Origin: Scyliorhinus canicula
Lineage: Eukaryota
Direction: 5' to 3'
Length of the DNA stretch: 64,000 nucleotides
NCBI RefSeq assembly: GCF_902713615.1
Contig: NC_052151.1
Location: 94,633,304 to 94,697,303, forward strand
Shown piece after piece: positions 1 through 13,333 of this stretch. The notes beneath the pieces are model-generated. The model saw nothing but the letters and a program-made list of their open reading frames with translations. It had not been told where the DNA came from and did not search any database. The first letter of the stretch is position 1, and every line of letters starts with the position of its first letter. The translations under genes were made by a program, and so were the position numbers.

Positions 1-530
1 GCTAATGATACCCAGGTCTACCCAGCCACCATCCTCTTCAGGTCTCTACTACTTCAGAATTGTCAAACATTTTCTCTGATATCCAGCTTTGAATCAGCCT
101 CAATTTCCTCGGTTAACCATCTGGAGGACTGAACCTCATCATAAAGGTTCACTGATTCTACCCATTCACTGGCCACTGTCAGAGACTGAACGAGAGCCTT
201 CGCAATCACTAGATGCAATTTGATCCTGAGCTCAGTTTATAAACCAGATCCTCTCCATCACAATGACCATCTACTTCCACTTTCATTCCATCAACTGCTT
301 CCACCCATGTCTCAGCCCAGCTGCTTGCTGAAATCATCAACGATACCGTTGTCATTCCAAACTTAACTGGCCCTGGGGCCATCTTTCCATCATCTGTAAA
401 TTTCAGGTTCTTCAGAATTCTATTGCCTGTGTCCTACACCAACAACGCACTCACCCATTACTCATATGCTTGCTGAATTACCATTGCACCTCGTCTCCAA
501 ACAATATTATGTTTAAATTTTCCTTTCTAT
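1..530 (+). mobile_element. Old L2/CR1-clade LINE 3' remnant
   Basis: Starts gctaatgatacccaggtctac (degenerate ADDTQVY) followed by decayed LINE C-terminal-like sequence. Confidence 0.5.
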
Positions 531-603
531 ATCTCTGGAAATTGAGACCCCGATGACCACCCCACTCCAAAATACACTGTTTCTTGGATTTGACACTCCT
601 GCC

Positions 604-924
604 TGCGGTGATATGCATGTGCACATCAATGTATATATTTATCTATCAATACATATAGTTATCTATCAATGAATATAGTTATTGGTACGACCTCCAACCA
701 GCAGGTGGTGATAGAGATACACCATGTGACTCGAGAGATTCAGCAGTTAGTAGTAAGTCATTCTAAAGGACAGTCGCACTAGAAGTAGCTCCAGGAGAAT
801 TCACTGAATTCATTTATTTTGTTACAGTTTGTATCATAGTTCATTAGTTATCTTTCCATGTGCTCATCTTGTTACTAGATTTTCTGTGTGGATCTGTACT
901 ACAGCCACAACACAGAACATAACA
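604..924. mobile_element. Solo LTR (321 bp)
   Basis: TG...ACA termini flanked by 5-bp direct repeat CTGCC (599-603 / 925-929). Confidence 0.65.
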
Positions 925-3868
925 CTGCCTTCTTTGTTGTGACATACCTTTAAGGGGTGTAACCAAAATTGTTATCCATCCCAAGTTATGGATTATAATA
1001 GAGCAGCTGCTCTGCTGTACAGATGTTTTATACAGAGCCTCCCAGTTACCATTGTGTGTATTTAGCATTATCTTCAAATAAAGAACCCACATTTTTGATC
1101 TACCAATCTTTGGTTTAGTACAAACAAACCAATCATAACACAAAGACCACAATGCCCTTCACCCCACTATTGGTGACTTTGCCTTCAACCATCTAAATCC
1201 CACACTCCGTTTACTTCACATTTCGCAACTGCTCATTGCAGTAACTATTTCAACCGACAGAGGGTACTGGTGGACTATAAGTCACATACACCAAAGCCAT
1301 TGAAGGGCACAATGAAATTCAATTTCCCCCAATGAGGAGATTGGAGTGTCCATTGCTCCACAATCACAGTTGTAGAGTTAATACATTTTGGATTACAATG
1401 TCCTTCAACTGCAAAAAAATGCTATTTGGAAATGAGTTACTATCTGCATAACGTTGAGACTACAATGCAAGGGGGAAAAAAAATCATTATTTTTAGTAAG
1501 GCATATAAAGCACCAATTGAAGTGAAGTAGTGCCTGCTGACCGCAAGAAAAATCTATAAATAAATGTCAGTCGGCAAGTGCAACTTAAAAATATCCAACT
1601 TCGGAGAGCACATTGTAATATAAACACAATTATAAAAATTATGGTGGAGGTTTGGATTCTTTACTGATATTACTGCTTATTTTCGTGTTTAGTGCACTGT
1701 CACCTCTCTTCCAGGAATGCCTATCTTGAAGAAGTTCTTCTCTTTGATGGGATTTCTGTTTGCCTCTTTTACCTTGTTCACCTTCATTGCTTTCCATTTC
1801 CGTCATGGTGTTTGATAAGGTGTTGACCAAACCTCCTTCCACAGCCGCATTTCCTTCCTCAGTGACTGTCTCCAGCTCCACCCACGTGGATTCCAACTGA
1901 AGTTCCATCCCACATGTTTCGAATCCACCCAGGATTACATGTATCTTGCAACGTTCTTGCCACATCCTGAGATCCACTCTTGTTGCCATACTGTACTGCC
2001 ACATATACACACTTGACCTCTCTCTCCAGCAGCACCAACCCACCCTGTTTCAAATCTGTCCTTGTCCCCAGTTTCATTTCATTCTTGTCTCATATGGTAG
2101 TTAATAAGAAACTTTTCCCCTCCCTTTCAGATGTTAAGGAGCACAATCGCTAAACAACCCATTGGTACTGAGACCCATTTGGATCCTTCCACCTCTTCCT
2201 TTCACTCTGACCCCATCCCTTCTTCTAACCCCAGCCCTTGCCATGTCCTCAGCTCTGTTTGTGGATTTTGAGAAGGAGGGATAATGCAGTGGGAAGCTGT
2301 TGAGGGTAGATCTCCAGAGAAGACAAGGTCAGTGACAGTCCTGGAAACAATAGCTTGATGCTTGATGTTGGTCCATGGTCCAGTGGTAGGTTGGAAGAAA
2401 TATCTGAAAGCTGTTGCTCAGACTCTGCAAGGTATAGGTTGGTGCACCAGGCAACAACAGTACCCCCCCCCCCCACCCTTGTCAGCAAGTTTGATAATAA
2501 AGTCAGCGTTGAACCTGAGGGTATGGATTGGAGCAAACTCAGAGGGAGACAGGTTAGAGTGGGTGAGGGGAGCAGAGAAATTATGATGGTAGACCCATCA
2601 TTTCAGACTGTTGCTGTCCCACTGAACGTATTTCTTCCTATCTTGATTCTACTTCTATTCCCCTTGCCCAGTCTCTACCCAGTTGCATTCACGATTCCTC
2701 TGGCGCCGTATCTCATTTCACCAATTTCCAGTTTCCTGGCTGTAAATGTGTTGGGTTCCTGAAACACTGACAACAAGGATTTGTAACAAACAGTAGTTTA
2801 TCCAGTAGCTAAACAGATACTTCATGTACTCTGTCCGGACTCCCAACACGTGACCTCTTTTGTAGCCGGTTGTGACCACTCGGTCTATACTGGCCCGAAC
2901 CGCCTACTTTTCACGATGGATGCCCAATCCCTCTACACCTCCATCATCACCAGGACAGTCTGTGGACTCTCTGCTTCTTTTTACGATGGAGGCCCGATCA
3001 ATCCCCTTCCACCACCATCCTTTTCCACATGGCTGAACTTGTTCTGTCATTGAACAATTTCTACCTTAACTTGTCTCACTTCCTACAACTACAAGGTGTG
3101 ACTATAGGTACCCACTTGGGCCCCAGTTATGCCTGCCTTTTTGTGGGGGATGTGGAACATTCCTTGTTCCAGTCCGACACAGGCCCCCTCTCACAGCTTT
3201 TTTGCCGGTACGTCAATGACTGCATCGGTGCTGCTTCAGGGTCTCAATCTGGACCTGGAAAAATTCATCAATTTTGCTTTCAATTTCCACCCCTCTCTCA
3301 CCTTCACATGGTCCATCTTTGACACATCCCTTCCCTTTCTTGACCTCTCTGTCTCCATTTGTGGTGATAGACTTCTGATAACTATTCATTACAAGTCCAC
3401 CAACTCCCACAGCTACATCAACCACATCTCCTCACACCCTCCCTCTTGTAAGGACTCTACTCCATTCTCCCAGTTCCTCCTGTCACCTTCCATGGTGGTG
3501 CTTCTGACATGTCTGCCTTTTCCTCAGCCAAGGTTTCCCCCAACTCACTGTGGTTGACAGCGACCTCAATTGTGTCTGATCCATTTCCCACATTGCTTCT
3601 CTCACCCCTTCACTCCCTCCCAGAACAATGATAGGGTCCACTTATCCTCATGTTCCAACTCACTAGCCATCACATTCAGAGGATTATCTCCCTCCATTTC
3701 ACCAACTTCAGTATGATGCCAACATGAAACGCATCTTCCCCTCACCTTCCCTGTGAACATTCCAAAGGGATCTGCAACACCCTGCTCTGCATCTCCATCA
3801 CCTCCAACCTTTCATCCCCTTCTCAAGGCACCTTCCCATTCAGTCGGAGGTGTAATATCTACCCTTTT

Positions 3869-4799
3869 AACAAAGAACAAAGAAAGGTATAGCACAGGAA
3901 CAGGCCCTTCGGCCCTCCAAGCCCGTGCCGACCATGCTGCCCGACTAAACTACAATCTTCTACACTTCCTGGGTCCATATCCCTCAATTCCCATCCTATT
4001 CATGTATTTGTCAAGATGCCCCTTAAATGTCACTATTGTCCCTGCTTCCACCACCTCCTCCAGCAGCAAGTTCCAGGCATCCACTACCCTCTGTGTAAAA
4101 AATCTTGCCTCGTACATCTACTCTAAACCTTGCCCCTCGCACCTTGAACCTATGCTCCCTAGTAATTGACCCCCCTACTCTGGGGAAAAGCCTCTGACTA
4201 CCCACTCTGTCTATGCCCCTCATAATTTTGTAGACCTCTATCAGGTCGCCCCTCAACCTCTTGTCGTTCCAGTGAGAACAAACCGAGTATATTCAACCGC
4301 TCCTCATGGCTAATGCCCTCCATACCAGACAACATCCTGGTAAATCTCTTCTGCACCCTCTCTAAAGCCTCCACATCCTTCTGGTCGTGTGGCAACCAGA
4401 ATTGAACACTATACTCAAAGTGTGGCCTAACTAAGGTTCTATTCGGCTGCAACATGACTTGCCAATTCTCATACTCAATGCCCCGGCCAATGAAGGCAAG
4501 CATACTGTATGCCTTCTTGACTACCTTCTCCAGCTGTGCTGCCCCTTTCAGTGACCTGTGGACCTGTACACCTAGATGTCTCTGACTTTCAATACTCTTG
4601 AGTATTTTACCATTCACTGTATATTCCCTACCTGCATTAGACCGTCCAAAATGCATTACCTCACATTTGTCCGGATTAAACTCCATCTGCCATCTCTCCG
4701 CCCAAGTCTCCAAACGATCTAAATCCTGCTGTATCCTCTGACAGTCCTCATCGCTATCCGCAATTCCACCAACCTTTGTGTCGTCTGCAAACTTACTAA
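3869..4799 (-). mobile_element. 5'-truncated CR1 LINE
   Basis: ORFs 4198-4851 (SKFADDTK...) and 4023-4256; (CTTTGTT)n tail at ~3869; highly similar to 7849-8790. Confidence 0.92.
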
Positions 4800-5457
4800 A
4801 CTTACTTCCTTCCTCCTCACTGTTCAAGATTCCAAACACTCCTTCCAGCAATAATTTATTTGCACTTCTTTTAATTTAATCTGCTCTATTCACTGCTTAC
4901 AATGTGGTCTCCTCTACATTGAGAGACCAAACACACATTGGGTGATCACTTTGCAGAATACCTTTGCTCGCTGCACAAGAATTGTTCCTCACTTTCCGAT
5001 TGTTTTCCATTTCAATTGACCATTTCACGCTCATGCTTACATTTCTGTTCTTGGCCTGCTGCAATGTTCCAGTGAAGCCCAATGCAAACTGCAGGAACAG
5101 CACCTCACCTTCTGGCTAGGCAGGTTACAGCCTTCTGGGCTCAACATTGAGTTTAATAACTATAAAAGACTATAAACTATGTCCTCCATTTTGATCTTCC
5201 CCTCCCCCTTCTCTTGTTCTCATGTTTTTGCTTTCAGACAACACTGATTATTATTCTGCTACTTACATCTAACTCTGAATCAATGCTTTGTTTTCTTTAA
5301 TACTTTCATTATCACTCCCTTTGCCTTTGGTTCCGTGACATGTTTTTCATTTAATCTGCCCTGTCCTCTAACTTCTGAACTTCCCTTTTGCTCCAGCTGC
5401 CTCTCTCCCTTTTCCCATCAGCATAAATCCCATCACATCTACCTCCCTTCAGATCCG

Positions 5458-5788
5458 AACGTAGCACAGTGGTTAGCACAGTTGCTTCACAGCTCCACGA
5501 TCCCAGGTTCAATTCCTGGCTTGGGTCACTGTTTGTGTAGTCTGCACGTTCGCCCCAAGGCTGCGTGGGTTTCCTCCGGGTGCTCCGGTTTCCTCCCACA
5601 GTCCAAAGATGTGCAGGTTAGGTGGATTGGCCATGCTAAATTGCCCTTAGTGTCAAAAAAAAGGTTAGTTGGGGTAACTGGGTTATGGGGGAAGGGTGGA
5701 GGTGTGGGTTTAGGTAGGGTGCTCTTTCCAAGGGCCGGTGCAGACGCGATGGGGCAAATAGCCTCCTTCTGCACTGTAGACTCTATAT
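5458..5788 (+). mobile_element. tRNA-derived SINE with CR1-type tail
   Basis: Pol III A box TAGCACAGTGG, B box GGTTCAATTCC; homologous to copies at 41.8, 45.0 and 62.9 kb. Confidence 0.88.
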
Positions 5789-6002
5789 TGGACTCGGAAT
5801 GATTCTCTCTCCACAGACCTGCTGAATTTTTCCAGCAGTTTTAGTTTTTATTTCTGATGTCTTGTCCTTCTGTACGGAGCTGCAAAAACAGACAGCACAC
5901 TCCACCGAGACAGTGGAAGGCCAGAGTGACTGGGAATAAAAGAGCTTTGATGCCTTACAACTACAACAGTTTGAGTTTCTGAAAATGCTCACACTGAAAA
6001 GG

Positions 6003-6603
6003 TGTATTATTCAATATTTTCCCCGCTTCGGGACTGTGATAGAGAAATTCAAACAGCATTCATTAGGTAAGCAAAACTGAACTTTATTTACGAATTAGAA
6101 CTAACTGCTAGCAGTAATGGCTGAGACTTGAAGTCGGAAAGCAGTCAAGTACAAACTGCTGAGTCCGTCCCAAGTCTGCGATATTACAGAAGAATAAGGC
6201 GATTTTTATACATTATAGGATCACGATAACATGAATACAACTTGGTCAGGAATTTGATTGAAAGTAAAACATAAGTAATAATCGTTACAATGGCGTCACC
6301 TTGCTGACCTTTAGGGGACTGGAGTTTCATATCATTATCTTGTCTTTGTTTTAAGCGATGGACAAATTTGTTTAAGTGCAGGAAGAGACAGTTTTTTAGC
6401 TTATCGTATATATTTAGACTCCTCTGGTCTCATGACGAACGCGTCTTATCAGAGTGTTAGAGTCAGCCAGTTCTCAGGTCAAGTTGACCTCGGCTGTTTG
6501 TATCTGTGCCTTAGGTTATGTGAACTCAGTTTAAATTCAATTGTACCAAGAAGACTTGACTAGTTTTCCCATCATGCCATTATTTGCTTCACACAATACC
6601 ACA
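6003..6603 (-). mobile_element. Solo LTR (601 bp)
   Basis: TGT...ACA termini, perfect 4-bp TSD AAGG (5999-6002 / 6604-6607); reverse-complement homolog of 12729-13333. Confidence 0.88.
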
Positions 6604-7596
6604 AAGGCATATAATTAACACCTCTATGACTTTTATTTTCCCAAATGTAACCACCACAAGAATCTTGAATGAAATATATTGATTCTATTATTAGTTTAGC
6701 AACAGCCAGGTAACCTATACTGATCCAAACCGGTTTTATTCCAGTATGCAGTCCTGCTCAAACATGTCTCAGAACCAAATCTAAACTGGATGTGTGGGCT
6801 GTCTGATAATAAAAATTTCAATTTGAAGATGTGTAAGAATGATGGGCAGCCCTATTTATTTCAGCCTTATCAAGCCTCAGCATACATCAGCACCTGGCTT
6901 GTTTATTTATAAATGTTGGGTTTTTGAAGGGACACAATGACCTCAGTAGCAGAGAGATTTTCCTTGCTATTAACTCTCACCTACTCACTATTTTCCTGGA
7001 TTCCCTGCTATTATACCAGACAATATGCTAATTTCATGATATCATTGTCAACAACACAAAAACTAAGAAGGTGTGGAATTAATATGGTAATATTAATATG
7101 GAATCAATTAGGTAAACTAGATCATGGATCATAAGCTGCACTATTGCGAATGTGTTCATGGACAATCATGCTTCATGGAGGATTTGACACTCTGCATATC
7201 CAATTGAAGAATTAATAACTATTTTAATTACTTTTTCTGGCGATTGATTCTGTTACTCAATGCAAAAAAGCCTTTTAATCTTTTGTCTTGCTGGAGGCTT
7301 GTTCATTTTGTATTCATGTACTAGTTCTGTGATCACAATCTAAGTTGAATAATGTTCCTGCATCTACACTAATTAGGTATCTCCTCATTTTAATCTTTAG
7401 ATTGCCATAAGTCTTGGAAAATTAATGTGTTCCTGGTTCAGACCATTTTACTTCAGTTCACACACTAGTTAAAGACTCCGATTACAACAGGAATTGTCAG
7501 TAACAGTTAAACTTCTGTAATATCCGCCCCATATAACCGAATAAACAAATTATAATAGAATTATATATTTTTTTTAAGTACTTCGGTTCTACTTAC

Positions 7597-7696
7597 CCTG
7601 GTACCCTCCAATTCTCTCTTCTTTCCCATTCTCTATCTGGTCTATTGTAAATTTTTCAGTTAATCATTTCTTTTTTGCTGCCTTGTTTTACTTATC
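7597..7696 (-). other. Candidate host exon (100 nt), possibly holding a start codon (MGKKRELEGTR, ATG 7629)
   Basis: Acceptor ...tttttgtttgactaaatag, donor AGG|gtaagt, ATG in good Kozak context (A-3, G+4), in non-repetitive DNA. Confidence 0.4.
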
Positions 7697-7956
7697 CTAT
7701 TTAGTCAAACAAAAATCAATTTTTTCCCACAAATTGTAAAGTGCAGTGAAACAAATCCAAATCCAAATTGACTGCAATATTACATCATAGAGCTCCACCT
7801 TCAACACCATAATCCCCACCAAGCTCTTTTTCCAAACTCCAAAACCTAGAACAAAGTACAAAGAACAAAGAACAAAGCAAAGTACAGCACAGGAGCAGGC
7901 CCTTCAGTCCTCCAAGCCCGCGCCGACCATGCTGTCCGACGAAACTACAATCTTCT

Positions 7957-10842
7957 TCACTTCCTGGGTCCGTATCCCTCTATTCCCATCCTATTCATGT
8001 ATTTGTCAAGATGTCCCTTAAATGTCACTATTGTCCCTGCTTCCACCACTTCCTCCGGCAGCGAGTTCCAGGCACCCACTACACTGTGTAAAAAAAACTT
8101 GCCTCGTACATCTCCTCTAAACCTTGCCCCTCGCACCTTAAACCTATGCCCCTAGTAATTGACCTCCCTACCCTGGGGAAAAGCCTCTGACCATCCACTC
8201 TGTCTATGCCCCTCATAATTTTGTAGACCTCTATCAGGTTGCCTCCCGACCTCCGTCGTTCCAGTGAGAACAAACCGAGTTTATTCAACCGCTCCTCATA
8301 GTTAATTCTCTCCATACCAGGCAACATCCTGGTAAATCTCTTCTGCACCCTCTCTAAAGCCTCCACATCCTTCTGGTAGTGTGGCGACCAGAATTGAACA
8401 CTATGGTCCAAGTGTGGCTTAACTAAGGTTCTATACAGCTGCAACATGACTTGCCAATTCTTATACAATGCCCCGGCCAATGAAGGCAAGCATGCCGTAT
8501 GCCTTCTTGACTACCTTCTCCACCTGTGTTGCCCCTTTCAGTGACCTGCAGACCTGTACACCTAGATCTCTCTGACTTTCAATACTCTTGAGGGTTCTAC
8601 CATTCATTGTATATTCCCTACCTGCATTAGACCTTCCAAAATGCATTACCTCACATTTGTCTGGATTAAACTCCATCTGCCATCTCGCCGCCCAAGTCTC
8701 CAAACGATCTAAATCCTGCTGTATCCTCTGACAGTCCTCATCGCTATCCGCAATTCCACCAACCTTTGTGTCGTCTGCAAACTTACTAATCAGACCAGTT
8801 ACATTTTCGTCCAAATCATTTATATATACTACGAACAGCAAAGGTCCTAGCACTGATCCCTGCGGAACACCACTAGTCACAGCCCTCCACTAGAAAAGCA
8901 CCCTTCCATTGCTACTCTCTGCCTTCTATGACCTAGCCAGTTCTGTATCCACCTTGCCAGCTCACCCCTGATCCCTTGTGACTTCACCTTTTGTACCAGA
9001 ATACCATGAGGGACCTTGTCAAAGGCCTTACTGAAGTCCATATAGACAACATCCACTGTCTGACCTGCATCAATCATGTTTGTGACCTCTTCGAAAAACT
9101 CTATCAAGTTAGTGAGACACGACCTCCCCTTCACAAAACCATGCTGCCTCTCACTAATACGTCCATTTGCTTCCGAATGGGAGTAGATCCTGTATCGAAG
9201 AATTCTCTCCAGTAATTTCCCTACCACTGACGTAAGGCTCACCGGCCTGTAGTTCCCTGGATTATCCTTGCTAACCTTCTTAAACAAAGGAACAACATTG
9301 GCTATGCTCCAGTCCTCCGGGACATCGACTGAAGACAGCGAGGATCCAAAGATTTTTATCAAGGCCTCAGCAATTTCCTCTCTAGCCTCCTTCAGTATTC
9401 TGGGGTAGATCCCATCAGGCCCTGGAGACTTATCTACCTTAATATTTTCAAGACGCCCAACACATCGTCTTTTTGGATGTCAATGTGACGCAGGCTATCT
9501 ACACACCCTTCTCCAGACTGAACATCCACCAATTCCTTCTCTTTGGTGAATACTGATGCAAAGTATTCATTTAATACCTCGCCCATTTCCTCTGGCTCCA
9601 CACATAGATTCCCTTTCCTATCCTTCAGTGGGCCAACCCTTTCTCTGGCTACCCTCTTGCTTTTTATGTACGCGTAAAAAGCCTTGGGATTTTCCTTAAC
9701 CCTATTTGCCAATGACTTTTCGTGACCCCTTCTAGCCCTCCTGACTCCTTGCTTAAGTTCCTTCCTACTTTCCTTATATTCCACACAGGCTTTGTCTGTT
9801 CCCAGCTTTCTAGCCCTGACAAATGCTTCCTTTTTCTTTTTGACGAGCCCTACAATATCTCTCGTTATCCAAGGTTCCTGAAATTTGCCATATTTATCCT
9901 TCTTCCTCACAGGAACATACTGGTCCTGAATTCCTTTCAACTGACACTTGAAAGCCTCCCACATGTCAGATGTTGATTTACCCTCAAACATCCGCCCCCA
10001 ATCAAGGTTCTTCAGTTCCCGCCTAATATAGTTATAATTAGCCTTCCCCCAATTTAGCACATTCACCCTAGGACCACTCTTATCCTTGTCGACCAGCACT
10101 TTAAAACTTACTGAATTGTGGTCACTGTTCCCAAAATGCTCCCCGACTGAAACTTCTACCACCTGGCCGGGCTCATTCCCCAACAGCAGGTCCAGTATAG
10201 CCCCTTCCCGAGTTGGACTGTCTACATATTGTTTTAAGAAGCCCTCCTTGATGCTCCTTACAAACTCTGCCCCGTCTAAGCCCCTAGCACTAAGTGAGTC
10301 CCAGTCAATATTGGGGAAGTTGAAGTCTCCCATCACAACAACCCTGTTGTTTTTACTCTTTTCCAAAATCTGTCTACCTATCTGCTCCTCTACTTCCCAC
10401 TGGCTGTTGGGAGGCCTGCAGTAAACCCCCAACATTGTGACTGCACCCTTCTTATTCCTGATCTCTACCCATATAGCCTCACTGCCCTCTGAGGTGCCTT
10501 CCGTAATATTCTCCCTAACCAATAGCGCAACTCCACCACTCCTTTTACATCCCCCTCTATCCCGCCTGAAACATCTAAATCCTGGAACGATTAGCTGCCA
10601 ATCCTGTCCTTCCCTCAACCAGGTCTCTGTAATGACAACAACGTCACAGTTCCAAGTACTAATCCAAGCTCTATCTTACCCGTAATACTTCTTGCATTAA
10701 AACATATGCACTTCAGGCCACTGTGTTCAGCAACATCTCCCTGTCTGCTCTGCCTCAGAGCCATAATGGCCCTATTCCCTAGTTCTCCCTCAATGCTTTC
10801 ACCTTCTGACCTATTGCTCCGGTGCCCACACCCCCCTGCCAT
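7957..10842 (-). pseudogene. CR1 ORF2 (APE endonuclease + reverse transcriptase), frameshifted
   Basis: ORF pieces 10615-10842, 9434-10618 (GDFN, SDH), 8877-9362 (NYRPVSLTS, DFSKAFD), 8461-8880 (GVPQGSVLGP, FADD), 8079-8489. Confidence 0.93.
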
Positions 10843-10843
10843 G

Positions 10844-11764
10844 CTAGTTTAAACCCTCCCGTGTGACACTAGCAAACCTCGCGGCCAGGATATTTATGCC
10901 TCTCCAGTTTAGATGCAACCCGTCCTTATACAGGTCACACCTGCCCCGGAAGAGCTCCGAGTGGTCCAGATACTGGAAACCCTCTCTCCTACACCAGCTG
11001 TTCAGCCACGTGTTTAGCTGCTCTATCTTCCTATTTCTAACCTCACTGGCACGTGGCACAGGGAGTAATCCTGAGATTACAACCCTGGAGGTCCTGTCTT
11101 TTAACTTTCTGCCTAGCTCCCTGAACTCCTGCTGCAGGACCTCATGCCCCTTCCTGCCAACGTCGTTTGTACCAATACGTACAACGACCTCTGCCCATTT
11201 GCCCTCCCCCTTCAGGATGCCCGCTACCCGTTTGGAGACATCCCGGACCCTGGCACCAGGGAGGCAACATACCATCCCGGAGTCTCTTTCACGTCCACAG
11301 AAGTGCCTATCTGTGCCCCTAACTCTAGAGTCCCCTATGACCATTACTCTCCTGCGCTTTGACCCTCCCTTCTGAACATCAGAGCCAGCAGTGGTGCCAC
11401 TGCTCCAGCTGCTGCTGTTTTCCCCTGATAGGCTATTCCCCCTGACAGTATCCAAAGGGGTATACCTGTTCAAGAGGGGGACAGCCACAGGGGATTCCTG
11501 CACTGACTGCCTGCCCCTTCTGGTGGTCACCCATTTCTCTTCCTGCACCTTGGGTGTGACCACATTTATATAACTGCTATCTATGACGCTTTCCGCCACC
11601 TGCATGCTCCTCAGTGCATCCAACTGCTGCTCCAACCGAACCATGCGGTCTGTGAGGAGCTCCAGTTGGGTGCACTTTCTGCAGATGAAGCCATCCGGGA
11701 CACTGGAAGCCTCCCGGACCTGCCACACCTCACAGTCAGAGCACTGCACCCCTCTAATTGACAT
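10844..11764 (-). CDS. CR1 ORF1 protein (Zn-finger, coiled coil, SGNH esterase), 306 aa, open
   Basis: CxxC...CxxC N-terminus, leucine heptads, GDS, GTND and DGLHLN blocks. Confidence 0.9.
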   Translation of the reverse strand: MSIRGVQCSDCEVWQVREASSVPDGFICRKCTQLELLTDRMVRLEQQLDALRSMQVAESVIDSSYINVVTPKVQEEKWVTTRRGRQSVQESPVAVPLLNRYTPLDTVRGNSLSGENSSSWSSGTTAGSDVQKGGSKRRRVMVIGDSRVRGTDRHFCGRERDSGMVCCLPGARVRDVSKRVAGILKGEGKWAEVVVRIGTNDVGRKGHEVLQQEFRELGRKLKDRTSRVVISGLLPVPRASEVRNRKIEQLNTWLNSWCRREGFQYLDHSELFRGRCDLYKDGLHLNWRGINILAARFASVTREGLN

Positions 11765-12728
11765 TGCGTCAATTAATTAGTAAATTAAATTTAAAAGTTT
11801 TTTAAAAAGTTACTGTTAACTAGATGTTTCCTTGCACTAGATTTCTACTATAAATGTGAAAGCTAAATACAGTACTCTCCGATCTCTGGCTTAGATACCC
11901 CTCTAAATTATAATTAAGTAATTATGTTTAATTAGTTTAACAATGCTTAATTTTTAAATTTAGTGTAGCTTCCCAACCAGCCAATCAGGTCACAGCTTTA
12001 CTGTGATGTCACTTCAGTTCACCCCCACCCCCCCCCCCCACAATTTGAAAAGGTAATAAAAATAAATAAAAATCACTTACATTTGCAGGTTCTCAGATGC
12101 TCTCTGGTTCTCTCCCTGCAGATTAAAAGTTACAGGCCAGTTGAAAGAGAGAGAACAAAGCAGTAGGGAAAAAGCACCTTCTCCCACTCTGCACCGAATT
12201 ACCTCACTGCACTAAATTCCCAAGTTCCAAATTCCCACTCTGGATATGTCTCACTCCGGCTGTGTCTCCTTCACTTGCGCAAAGCTTACTGAGTGTGCTT
12301 TCTGTCTGTCTTTTATACAGATCTCAGCTAACCAGGGTGACTCACTTGGCTCCTCCCTCTGCAACTGGATCCTCGACTTCCTGACCCACAGACCACAATC
12401 AGTAAGGATGAACTACAACACCTCCTCCGCGCTAGTCCTCAATACTAGGGCCCAGCAAGGCTGCGTACTTAGCCCCTACTATACTTCCTATACACACACG
12501 ACTGTGTGGCAAAATTTGGCTCCAACTCTATAAGTTTGTTGATGGCATGACCGTAGTGGATCGAATCTCAAACAACGATGAGTCAGAGTACAGGAGGGAG
12601 ACAGAGAACTTAGTGGCATGGCGCAATGACAAAAATCTCTCCCTCAATGTCAGTAAAACTAAGGAGCTGGTCATTGACTTCAGGAAGCGAAGTGTTGTAC
12701 TACCCTCTGTCTGTATCAATAGTGCCAG

Positions 12729-13333
12729 TGTGGTATTGTGCGAAGCAAATAATGGCATGGTGGGAAAACTAGTCAAGTTTTCTTGGTACAATTAAATTTA
12801 AACTGACTTCACATAACCTAAGGCACAAATACAAGCAGCCAAGGTCAACTTGACCTGGGAACTGGCCGACTCTGAACTCGGATAAGGCGCGTTCGTCATG
12901 AGACCAGAGCAGTCTAAATACATACGATAAGCTAAAAAATTGTCTCTTTCCGTACTTAAACAAATTTGCTCCATCTCTTAAAACATGTACCAAAAGACAA
13001 GATAATGATATGAGACCCCGAGTCCTCTAAAGGTCAGCAAGGTGACGCCATTGTAATGATTATTACTTATGTTTTACTTTTGATCAAATTCCTGACCAAG
13101 CTGTATTCATGTTATCTTGATCCTATAATGTATAAAAATAGTCTTATTCTTTTGAGATATTGCAGACTTGGGACGGACCCAGCAGTTTGTACTTGACTGC
13201 CTTCCGACTCCAAGTCTCAGCCATACTGCTAGCAGTTATAGTCCGTAAATAAAGCTTAGTTTTGATTAGCTAACGAATCATGTTTGAATCTTTCTATCAC
13301 AGTCCAGAAGCGGGGAAAATATTGACTACGACA
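12729..13333 (+). mobile_element. Solo LTR (605 bp) inserted in Rex1-like LINE
   Basis: TGT...ACA termini, TSD CCAG/CCAA, TATAAAA ~13131, AATAAA ~13248; same family as 6003-6603. Confidence 0.88.

Larger units (their letters stand above)
1690..5860 (+). mobile_element. Decayed Penelope-like element (RT + GIY-YIG), interrupted by CR1 and SINE
   Basis: Frameshifted motifs LFTMDAQSLYTSI, ELVLSLNNF, GTHLGPSYACLF, RYVNDCIG, LPFLDLSV, SSHPPSCKDS (2850-3557); GIY-YIG-like CTSFNLI..CLQCGLLYI at ~4860-5160; PLE terminal-type sequence ~5800-5860. Confidence 0.8.
7849..12343 (-). mobile_element. Near full-length CR1 LINE (5'UTR, ORF1, ORF2, microsatellite tail)
   Basis: ORF1 and ORF2 in order, (CTTTGTT)n-like tail at 7849-7880, both ends abut contiguous Rex1 sequence. 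Confidence 0.95.

Noticed and set aside
1639-2043. 134-aa charged ORF as host exon
   Set aside because: Mostly antisense to the Penelope-like element; no convincing acceptor
5458-5530. tRNA gene
   Set aside because: A/B boxes belong to a SINE head continuing into SINE core and tail
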